Of a DNA stretch of 55,101 nucleotides, positions 32,471 to 40,112 are shown in pieces (the first letter of the stretch is position 1; each line of letters begins with the position of its first letter). The stretch comes from an uncultured Arenicellaceae bacterium (lineage in GTDB: Bacteria > Pseudomonadota > Gammaproteobacteria > Arenicellales > Arenicellaceae): contig CALKZN010000121.1 of assembly GCA_938002995.1 (NCBI GenBank), forward strand, positions 1 through 55,101. The letters run 5' to 3'. The notes beneath the pieces were generated by a model. The model saw nothing but the letters and a program-made list of their open reading frames with translations, was not told the DNA's origin and made no database searches. A program made the position numbers and the translations under genes.

Positions 32471-33352
32471 TTATAGGGGGATACCGGTTGTACTAAAACT
32501 TGCATAAAAACTCACATTGCCTGGTCCACCAACGTCCCCATCAACCACACAGTTAAAAAACCTTGAACTTTGACCGTTGGTATTCACATAAACAGAATAA
32601 AGAGAATTGGCTTTTACTGGAGGTGTCCTAACACTTAAAATTTCGCTATTTCTCGCTCGTATATAACCTGATGATTCAACAAAAACACAATAGCTTTTTT
32701 GTGTGCCTTCATCACTCGCAATAAAGCTATTATTCATGTCAAAATTATGTCGACCAGAATAATAAATTCCGTAAGCATAATTCCCGCCTGAACTATAAAC
32801 TCTGGTATTTTCCATGCTACCACCATCTGTTCTAAGCCCGTAAACATTCGTCGAACTATTTGACGGTATACTCGCGCCAATAATGCTATTGGAAATGGTA
32901 GGAGATGAATTTTTACTATAAATGGCACAAATGTCATTTAGTGCATTGGTAGCGGAAATTTGAACATCATCCAAGGCTGCAGTACTTATACCGTTAATAT
33001 AAACACCTATTGAACAGGGTTTTTGGCTGCCTAGATTACGGATAGTCAGGCTTGAAAGTTGGCTATTATCAGACATTGATACAACTGCGGCTGCTTCATT
33101 AAAGCCCGTTGAACCCATACCTCCTTCCAAAATTGTCACATCAACACCGCTACCCCTGACAGTAACATATGGTGCCATTTTCACAGTTGTTGACACAGAG
33201 TAAATCCCTGGACCAATGATGACTAGAAAAGGGTTTGATTGAGTTGCTTTTGCCGCCACCACGGCTATAGCTTTAGATAAATCCGTAAAATCTCCATTGC
33301 TTGGAGAAACGGTAATAACATTTTGTAAATTGACACTAGAACTTATTGACAT
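32471..33352 (-). CDS. Right-handed parallel beta-helix (pectin-lyase-fold) repeat protein with no signal peptide
   Basis: 293 aa. It shows periodic Gly/Asn/Ser-rich turns of ~22-25 aa with NSxI / xVxxSxI type rungs (ISNSIIGAS, MNNSFIASD, ARNSEILSV) and the N-terminal block FLVIIGPGIYSV...VTVRGSG typical of PbH1/DUF1565-like proteins. The N-terminus MSISSSVNLQNV is not hydrophobic. Confidence 0.55.
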   Translation of the reverse strand: MSISSSVNLQNVITVSPSNGDFTDLSKAIAVVAAKATQSNPFLVIIGPGIYSVSTTVKMAPYVTVRGSGVDVTILEGGMGSTGFNEAAAVVSMSDNSQLSSLTIRNLGSQKPCSIGVYINGISTAALDDVQISATNALNDICAIYSKNSSPTISNSIIGASIPSNSSTNVYGLRTDGGSMENTRVYSSGGNYAYGIYYSGRHNFDMNNSFIASDEGTQKSYCVFVESSGYIRARNSEILSVRTPPVKANSLYSVYVNTNGQSSRFFNCVVDGDVGGPGNVSFYASFSTTGIPL

Positions 33353-33470
33353 TTGACCTAAAAAATATTCAGAAGATAAAAGTGCAAATAATCATACATC
33401 AAAACAATAATTAGGTTAAGAGTGAAATTTTTTAATCACTTAAGTAAATCAAAAATGTTAACGTGAGCAA

Positions 33471-34085
33471 ATGACTTTAATTCCCGAAAATTTACCTCAT
33501 TCTTCTGCGTGTGAACGCAATCAAGACGTTATCTTAGAAGTGATTTCACCGTATTTATTACAGGCTCAAAGTGCTTTGGAAATAGGCACTGGCAGTGCTC
33601 AACATGCGGTGTATTTTGCTAAGGAGTTTCCTGAATTGACTTGGCAGACCAGTGATCAAGCTCACTATCTTGATGGTATTCGCGCTCAACTAAACAATGC
33701 ATCTTTGGAAAACATTAAGCGTCCCATTGAGTTAGATGTAAATCAAAAAGATTGGAATGTGAATGGACAGTTATTTGATCTTGTATATACAGCGAACACT
33801 TGTCATATTATGTCGCAAAGTGATGTTGATGCCTTTTTTGCAGGCTTATCTTCTGTTACAACTATTAACGCTTTTTTGGTGATTTATGGTCCGTTTACGT
33901 ATGCGGGTAAATTCACGAGTGAAAGCAATTATCATTTTGACCAAAGTTTGCGGTCACGGCAATGTGGAAGCTCAATTAAGGCTTTTGAAACAGTCAATGG
34001 CTTGGCGAAAGATCAAGGTTTTCAATTGTTAGAAGATCGTACTATGCCGGCGAATAATCAATGTTTGATTTGGCAGAAAGCATGA
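33471..34085 (+). CDS. DUF938 / METTL26-like class I SAM-dependent methyltransferase
   Basis: 204 aa with the blocks ERNQDVILEVI, ALEIGTGSAQHAVYFA, WQTSD, IYGPF, FDQSLR and MPANNQCLIW, which follow the DUF938 pattern. Confidence 0.75.
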   Translation: MTLIPENLPHSSACERNQDVILEVISPYLLQAQSALEIGTGSAQHAVYFAKEFPELTWQTSDQAHYLDGIRAQLNNASLENIKRPIELDVNQKDWNVNGQLFDLVYTANTCHIMSQSDVDAFFAGLSSVTTINAFLVIYGPFTYAGKFTSESNYHFDQSLRSRQCGSSIKAFETVNGLAKDQGFQLLEDRTMPANNQCLIWQKA

Positions 34086-34101
34086 GTAAGGAAACGTAAA
34101 G

Positions 34102-34839
34102 ATGGCATTTAAATCATGGAAAAGCTATTGGGACTTCACGCACAAAGTGCGTCATGGCCAGCGCTATATTCACGATGATCAGGTCAAAGGTTTTTTAGAA
34201 GAAGTTGAACGAACTAGCTCTGACCGTGTTCGAACTTTGGACGAGGGTAGCGATTTTTTTAGAGCACAAATTGGCAATAATTGGTGCAAGGATGATATGC
34301 CTAGTCCTCATGATATCGCTAGAATGTTTCCGCAAAAGCAGCAGGCGGTCGAAGGTAGGGCGAATCCAAAGGGTATTCCGTATTTATATATGGCAACGGA
34401 CAGGCAAACAGCCATGTCTGAAGTGCGACCTTGGGTAGGCGTGAAAGTGTCGGTGGCTGAGTTGAAAACAGTAAGACCATTAAAGGTGATCGACTGTTCA
34501 GCAAATATGTCGCAAAAACCTTTTTATGAACATGAACCCAGTGATGAAAAAAAAGAGAAAACAGTTTGGTCGATGATTGATCATGCGTTTTCAAAGCCGG
34601 TTTCTAATAACCATGATACGGCTGAGTATGTGCCAACGCAGATCATTGCGGAGATGTTTAAGGCCAATGGTTTTGATGGGATTTTGTATAAAAGTATGTT
34701 TGCCGAAGGCTATAACATGGTTGTCTTTGATGTTGATTCAACGATTTTATTGTCGTGTAGTTTGTTTGAAACAGAGATAGTGGAATTAGAGTTTGACGAG
34801 TGTGCTAAGCCCTATTTTGTGGAAAGTGATCAGCAATAG
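34102..34839 (+). CDS. RES-domain protein (NAD+-targeting toxin fold), long form with ~80-aa N-terminal extension
   Basis: 245 aa. The Arg/Glu/Ser signature is in canonical context: FFRAQIG...EGRANPKGIPYLYMATDRQTAMSEVRPW...(V)IDCS...YVPTQIIAEMFKANGFDGILYKSMFAEGYNMVVFD. An AAGGA SD lies 8-12 nt upstream. The gene starts 16 nt after the DUF938 stop. Confidence 0.75.
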   Translation: MAFKSWKSYWDFTHKVRHGQRYIHDDQVKGFLEEVERTSSDRVRTLDEGSDFFRAQIGNNWCKDDMPSPHDIARMFPQKQQAVEGRANPKGIPYLYMATDRQTAMSEVRPWVGVKVSVAELKTVRPLKVIDCSANMSQKPFYEHEPSDEKKEKTVWSMIDHAFSKPVSNNHDTAEYVPTQIIAEMFKANGFDGILYKSMFAEGYNMVVFDVDSTILLSCSLFETEIVELEFDECAKPYFVESDQQ

Positions 34840-34993
34840 AGGGTCATTATAGGCAGCAGATCATAAGGATATGATGTACAGACTCGTTACAAATAGAGCG
34901 AGTTTATTACCAAGTCGCATGATTTTAGGATTGATTACGGTCTTCTTAAGTATCCTGATGGGTATCAATTAAGTTGAGTTTTGTGGAGCAAAG

Positions 34994-35635
34994 ATGTCAA
35001 TGAATCGTAGAGCATTCTTAAGCACTAACGCGTTGTTGGGCTTAGGCGTTGTGACAACGGCCAAAGCAAAGTCTGAAACGGTCACTCCTTTCGAAATTGA
35101 AGGGCCTTTTTATCCGACAGTGGTTCCCGCAGATCAAGACTTTGATCTCACTTTAATCAAAGGCAAGTCTGTTCGTGCAAAAGGAGAAGCGGTATATGTC
35201 GTAGGACGAGTAATTGATGAGAATGGTACGGCAATTAAAAATGCGACTGTTGATTTGTGGCAAGCCAATGCCTCGGGAAGATATAGGCACCCCTTTGATA
35301 CTAGCAAAGCGCCTTTAGATGAAAACTTTCAAGGATGGGCGATAGTACAATCAGGTGAGCAAGGAAACTTTCGTTTTAAAACAATTGTGCCTGGCGCTTA
35401 TGCGGTATCACAAGATTGGATTCGGCCACCGCATATTCACTTTAAGGTGAGTAAGCGTGGCTTTGTTGAGTTGACGACTCAAATGTATTTTGCCGGCGAA
35501 GAGTTAAATAAAATTGATCGTTTATTGCAGCGTAAAAGCAAGAAAAAACAGAAGGCAATGATTGCCACTCAAACGGGGAAGAAATCTACCGGAGAAAAAA
35601 TCTACACCTATAATATTGTTTTAAAAAAAGTTTAG
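34994..35635 (+). CDS. Tat-exported intradiol ring-cleavage dioxygenase family protein
   Basis: 213 aa with the twin-arginine signal MSMNRRAFLSTNALLGLGVVTTAKA. The core has GPFYP, VDLWQANASGRYRH, FRFKTIVPGAY, RPPHIHFKV and TQMYF, as in protocatechuate dioxygenase beta-like proteins. Confidence 0.8.
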   Translation: MSMNRRAFLSTNALLGLGVVTTAKAKSETVTPFEIEGPFYPTVVPADQDFDLTLIKGKSVRAKGEAVYVVGRVIDENGTAIKNATVDLWQANASGRYRHPFDTSKAPLDENFQGWAIVQSGEQGNFRFKTIVPGAYAVSQDWIRPPHIHFKVSKRGFVELTTQMYFAGEELNKIDRLLQRKSKKKQKAMIATQTGKKSTGEKIYTYNIVLKKV

Positions 35636-35887
35636 TATCACCAGCGGTGACTTATTCTTAGGCGCTAAAAACAAAAAAGCATCACTATCGTTAGAGTTAG
35701 TGATGCTTTGTTTTAGCTCTCGTTCAAAAGCAAGATCATCTTGCCAGTCTTCGAGTTGTGACAACAATTGTTGTCGTTTTTGTGAGCGTAAGGCTGATTG
35801 ACTTTTTTGATGTACGCCACCTTTTTTCATCAGTGGTGAACAGGCAACCAGATTACGCGGTTTAATACGCGATTTCTGTGTAACCAT
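35621..35887 (-). CDS. Small basic protein, weakly ArfA-like; the ORF is interrupted by a terminator hairpin
   Basis: 88 codons from MVTQKSRIKPRNLVACSPLMKKGGVHQKSQSALRSQKRQ, with a strong SD (GAGGTAAAAAAAATG). The basic N-terminal half loosely resembles the ArfA IKDNAxxAL...KKGKGSY pattern. The 3' third contains hairpin 35665..35716, and the last 15 nt overlap the convergent dioxygenase gene. Confidence 0.35.
   Translation of the reverse strand: MVTQKSRIKPRNLVACSPLMKKGGVHQKSQSALRSQKRQQLLSQLEDWQDDLAFERELKQSITNSNDSDAFLFLAPKNKSPLVILNFF
35665..35716. terminator. Strong bidirectional hairpin terminator between the convergent dioxygenase and small basic ORF
   Basis: AAAGCATCACTA (35676..35687) pairs perfectly (12 bp) with TAGTGATGCTTT (35698..35709). 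The stem extends by CAAAA/TTTTG after a 3-nt bulge. The loop is 10 nt, and the arms are A-rich and T-rich, so each strand ends in a U-tract. Confidence 0.65.
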
Positions 35888-35981
35888 TTTTTTTACCTCA
35901 TTTTTTCCTTCCATCTTTTGTATGAAAGGTCCTGCAAATGCAGGCAATGAGGATTATGGCTATTTTTAGCTGAGGGTCAAC

Positions 35982-37334
35982 TTAATTTGATTTTGTTCTC
36001 ATCGTACAGAACTCTTCAGCAGTACTTGGGTGGATGCCCACAGTTGCATCGAAGTCTGCTTTTTTCGCACCTGCTTTCACGGCAATGGCGATGCCTTGCA
36101 TGATTTCTGCAGCATCAGGGCCAACCATATGTACGCCAACGACTTTGTCAGTTGCTGTGTCAACAATCAACTTCATGAAAGTGCGTTCAGTGTTTTCCGT
36201 TAGCGTATGTTTTAAAATACGGAATTCAGATTTATAAATATCCACTTGGCCATATTTTTCAGTGGCTTGTTCTTCACTGAGCCCAACACTGCCAACAGGC
36301 GGCTGAGAGAAAACTGCTGAAGGGACATTGTCATGATCAGGAATACGTGGATTGTTGCCATACACTGAATCAGCAAAGGCATGACCTTCCATCGTTGCAA
36401 CCGGAGTTAATGCGATACGGTCTGTTACATCACCTACAGCAAAAATGTTGTCTACATTGGTTTGTGATTCTGCGTTAACTAGAATTTCACCTTTGCGGCC
36501 AAGCTCAACGCCGGCTTTTTCTAGTCCTACATCTGTAGTATTTGGAGCTCTGCCTGTGGCATACATCACTTGGTCTACCGTTTGAGTTGAGCCGTCTTTA
36601 TAAGTGAGTTTCTTTTTGCCATCGACTAATTCGATTTTTTCAATATCAGAATTGAGTTTCAAGTTGATGCCCTTCTTCTGGATTTCAGCACTCAAATGAT
36701 CTGCAACATCTTGGTCAAAACCACGAAGGATCTGTTTGCCGCGATAGACTAATGTGGTGTCGACACCAAGGCCGTTAAAGATACCTGCAAATTCTACTGC
36801 AATATAACCACCACCGACTACAACGGCTGATTCTGGTAGTTCATCTAGATAAAAGGCTTCATTTGATGTGATCGCATGTTCAATGCCTGGAATTGATGGC
36901 ATGAAAGGTGTGCCACCCGTTGCGACTAAAATACGTTCTGTCGTGAACGTTTTGTCGCCAATTTTGACAGTGTTTCGGTTGAGCAATTCACCGCGACCAT
37001 CAAACACTTCGCAACCTGCATTTTTAAGTAAATTGCCGTAAATACCATTTAGGCGATCAATTTCTTTATCTTTATTTTCGATCAACTTTTTCCAATTGAA
37101 GCTTTTGACTTCAACATCCCAACCATAGGATGCGCTATCGATAAACTCTTCATGGAAATGTGAGGAGTAGACAAACATTTTTTTCGGTACGCAGCCACGA
37201 ATCACACAGGTGCCGCCATAGCGATACTCTTCACAGATAGCGACTTTAGCGCCATGAGTTGCTGAAATTCTTGCGGCTCTAACACCGCCACTGCCGCCAC
37301 CGATGACGATTAAATCGTAGTCAAAATTGCTCAT
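35982..37334 (-). CDS. gor: Glutathione-disulfide reductase
   Basis: 450 aa with DLIVIGGGSGG, the redox-active GGTCVIRGCVPKK and the C-terminal HPSTAEE. Confidence 0.88.
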   Translation of the reverse strand: MSNFDYDLIVIGGGSGGVRAARISATHGAKVAICEEYRYGGTCVIRGCVPKKMFVYSSHFHEEFIDSASYGWDVEVKSFNWKKLIENKDKEIDRLNGIYGNLLKNAGCEVFDGRGELLNRNTVKIGDKTFTTERILVATGGTPFMPSIPGIEHAITSNEAFYLDELPESAVVVGGGYIAVEFAGIFNGLGVDTTLVYRGKQILRGFDQDVADHLSAEIQKKGINLKLNSDIEKIELVDGKKKLTYKDGSTQTVDQVMYATGRAPNTTDVGLEKAGVELGRKGEILVNAESQTNVDNIFAVGDVTDRIALTPVATMEGHAFADSVYGNNPRIPDHDNVPSAVFSQPPVGSVGLSEEQATEKYGQVDIYKSEFRILKHTLTENTERTFMKLIVDTATDKVVGVHMVGPDAAEIMQGIAIAVKAGAKKADFDATVGIHPSTAEEFCTMRTKSN

Positions 37335-37390
37335 AATAGTAATTCGTAGGTTGAATGGGTTTGAATATGTCAGTTGCTAAAAGTATACGC

Positions 37391-37417
37391 AAAAAAAGAC
37401 CGCGCTGGGCACGGTCT
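37391..37417 (-). terminator. Rho-independent terminator of rpoH
   Basis: On the minus strand, AGACCG-TGCCCAGCG-CGGTCT is followed by TTTTTTT (the complement of A7 at 37391..37397). Confidence 0.7.
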
Positions 37418-37463
37418 TCATACACTTTTTTATCACTTTATGTGAGTTGCTTTATGAATACGT

Positions 37464-38327
37464 CTAAGCGACTAAATGATTTTTCATTTGATCCATTGCA
37501 GCACGTTCAATTTGTCGGATGCGTTCAGCAGAAATGCCGTACTCATCAGCCAGCTCAGTTAAAGTAGCTTTGGATTCAGATAACCAACGACGTTGTAAAA
37601 TATCACGACTGCGGTCATCAAGTTCTGCCATTGCGATACTCAGGTTGTTGTCTAAATCAGTGGTTTCTGATTTCTGCATCGCAATTTGTTCTGGGTTGTA
37701 ACGCATGTCAGGCAAATAACCTGCCGGTGATGCTGAAAACTCATCTTCATCATCATGGCCAGTGTCAAAAGCGACGTCTCTGCCGGTTAGGCGTTGTTCC
37801 ATTTCCGTGACTGTTTTTACCGGAACATCTAGGTCTTTTGCTAGTTTATTTGTCTCAGCTTCTGTCAACCACTCTAAACTTTTACGTGATTTACGTAAAT
37901 TGAAGAACAGTTTACGTTGTGCTTTGGTAGTAGCGACTTTGACGATTTTCCAATTACGGATCACATAGTCATAGATTTCAGCTTTGATCCAATGATTTGC
38001 GAAAGACACGAGTCTCACGCCGCGATCAGGATCAAATGTTTTTACTGCCTTCATTAGGCCGATGTTACCTTCTTGAACTAAGTCTGAGATAGGAAGGCCA
38101 TAACCAGTGAAGCCTTTGGCTACACGAACTACGTAACGAAGGTGAGATAAAACAAGCTCCTTCGCAGCATCTAGGTCATTGTCGTTATGATAGCGAATAG
38201 CTAATGCTTGTTCTTGCTCTAGCGTTAAAATTGGCGCGGCATTGGCCGCACGAAGGAACATGGCAAGATTTGGTTCTTGCGGAACGCTAACAGCAAATGC
38301 TTTTGATTGTTTAGTTTTCGTTGTCAT
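37464..38327 (-). CDS. rpoH: RNA polymerase sigma-32 (heat-shock sigma factor)
   Basis: 287 aa with an RpoH-box-like QRKLFFNLRK, plus region 2 (DLVQEGNIGLMKAVKTFD) and region 4 (LTELADEYGISAERIRQIE). Confidence 0.92.
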   Translation of the reverse strand: MTTKTKQSKAFAVSVPQEPNLAMFLRAANAAPILTLEQEQALAIRYHNDNDLDAAKELVLSHLRYVVRVAKGFTGYGLPISDLVQEGNIGLMKAVKTFDPDRGVRLVSFANHWIKAEIYDYVIRNWKIVKVATTKAQRKLFFNLRKSRKSLEWLTEAETNKLAKDLDVPVKTVTEMEQRLTGRDVAFDTGHDDEDEFSASPAGYLPDMRYNPEQIAMQKSETTDLDNNLSIAMAELDDRSRDILQRRWLSESKATLTELADEYGISAERIRQIERAAMDQMKNHLVA

Positions 38328-38491
38328 AATTACTAACTCCTTATTAGCTTCTAAGCGCTAACATCTATTAGATTGGAATTATTTTAGCACTCTATTAGTG
38401 AGAGTGCTAAATATTAACGCAATGTATATGAGAATTTTGTAGAAAAATGTCAATTTTTGACGTTTTTTTGCTAAAAATCAGGCCCTAACGT

Positions 38492-39391
38492 CTATCTAGG
38501 CTTAATATCATTCAAATGCTTGCCGACGCTGAACCTTGCTGCCAGCCAGCCTAAAACGGCGGCGCTAACAATCAATGTAGCACTATCAACATTGTTGAGT
38601 TGGTATAATGAGAATGTTGTTTTATAGCTATTGGCTAGTTCTGTAATAGGTTGTTGCAGCAAAAATAAAACAATCCAATATATGCCATAAGCCACCAGTC
38701 CGCCGAGCAAACCATATAGGAAACCGAGATATAAAAAGGGCTGTCTTACAAAGCTATCACTGGCACCAACTAGTTTGCTAACCATGATTTGGTTTTTGCG
38801 ATTGGCAATCAGTAAACGAATGGTATTGCTTAGTATAAAGACGATAGCAAAAGCGATTAGGCCAGCAAGTACAAAGGCTATAGTGGTTGTAAATTCACTA
38901 ATCATGTTGAGGCGTTCTAGCCACTCTTGATTCACTTGGACTTCATCTATGCCGTCAATTTTTTTGACAGTATCAATGAGATTTTGAATACCGTCAACGC
39001 TTAGGAAATCATCTTTAGGTGTGATTACGATTGTTGTAGGAAGTGGATTTTTTTCTAAAGAATCGAGAACATTCTGAATCCCTGATGCTGCTTCAAATGA
39101 TTTTAAAGCTTCTTCTTTGGTGATAGTTTTTATACTTTGAATGCCGTTGGTGAAGCCTAATTCGCCTTCGATGACTTGTATCTCCGCAGGGCTGACATTG
39201 GGTGAAACAAACACATTGATATGGGGTTTATGTTCTAAAGCAAAGCTAAGCTCTTTAACGCTTTTGGCAAGACCATAGCCAACAGTAGGGATGGATAGAG
39301 CAACTCCAATGACCAGTACATTAGCCAATGTAGATGAAGGAGTCTTCAATAGGTCTTGCCATGCTCGAAGCAACATTTGGAAAAACCGCAT
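38492..39391 (-). CDS. ftsX: Cell-division ABC transporter permease FtsX
   Basis: 299 aa with 4 TM segments and a periplasmic loop. It overlaps the ftsE stop by 1 nt in the ftsYEX order. Confidence 0.88.
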   Translation of the reverse strand: MRFFQMLLRAWQDLLKTPSSTLANVLVIGVALSIPTVGYGLAKSVKELSFALEHKPHINVFVSPNVSPAEIQVIEGELGFTNGIQSIKTITKEEALKSFEAASGIQNVLDSLEKNPLPTTIVITPKDDFLSVDGIQNLIDTVKKIDGIDEVQVNQEWLERLNMISEFTTTIAFVLAGLIAFAIVFILSNTIRLLIANRKNQIMVSKLVGASDSFVRQPFLYLGFLYGLLGGLVAYGIYWIVLFLLQQPITELANSYKTTFSLYQLNNVDSATLIVSAAVLGWLAARFSVGKHLNDIKPR

Positions 39392-40074
39392 TAGTCAGTT
39401 ACCTCAGAACTTTGATAAACCTGACTGATTTGACCTTCTTGTAATTCAATCACCGGGCAAGAAAAACGTTTTAATTGACGGTTATCATGTGTGGCAATGA
39501 TTGCGGTTATTCCTACTTGGTTAAATGCTGCAAATAAATCAGTTATTTCATCTGACAAGGCAGCATCTAAATTGCCTGTTGGTTCATCGGCAAGTAATAA
39601 TGCAGGCCTTGAAACAATCGCTCGAGCAATACCAACACGTTGGTGTTCACCGGCGGATAATTTGTCGGGGTATTGCTTGGCTTTGTGGAGCAAGCCTACT
39701 TTGTCTAGTGAAGCATTGACGCGTTTTTTGATTTCTTGCGGGTGGGTGCTACATATCTCTAATGGCATGGCTACATTTCGAAATACATTATATTCATTAA
39801 TGAGAGTGTTCTCTTGAAACACCACTCCAATGTTGCGTCTGTGAAAAGGAATGTCGCGGCTTTTAAATGATGCAAGGTTACGATCATTAATGAGAATTTG
39901 GCCGGAAGTAGGGCGCTCAATCAATGAGATCAGTTTTAATAAAGTGCTTTTCCCTGCACCCGAATGCCCTGTGACAAAAACCATTTCCTCGTTTGGAATG
40001 GTGAACGAAACATCGTGAAGCGCTTGCCTAGTGCTTCCATAGTTTTTGTTCACATGGCTAAATTCAATTTTCAT
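39391..40074 (-). CDS. ftsE: Cell-division ABC transporter ATPase FtsE
   Basis: 227 aa with Walker A GHSGAGKST, the signature LSAGEHQR and Walker B LLLADEPT. Confidence 0.92.
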   Translation of the reverse strand: MKIEFSHVNKNYGSTRQALHDVSFTIPNEEMVFVTGHSGAGKSTLLKLISLIERPTSGQILINDRNLASFKSRDIPFHRRNIGVVFQENTLINEYNVFRNVAMPLEICSTHPQEIKKRVNASLDKVGLLHKAKQYPDKLSAGEHQRVGIARAIVSRPALLLADEPTGNLDAALSDEITDLFAAFNQVGITAIIATHDNRQLKRFSCPVIELQEGQISQVYQSSEVTD

Positions 40075-40112
40075 AAAGGGCTGTTTTATAATAGTTGCAG
40101 TAATGGAGACTT

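Noticed and set aside
33471-34085. I considered whether the DUF938 methyltransferase could be a DNA methyltransferase of a restriction-modification-like system paired with the RES gene.
   Set aside because: It lacks the DPPY/NPPY or PCQ motifs of N6/N4/C5 DNA methyltransferases and matches the small-molecule/protein-type DUF938 pattern. No endonuclease or specificity gene is nearby. Its linkage to the RES gene is kept as an open question in the findings, not as an R-M call.
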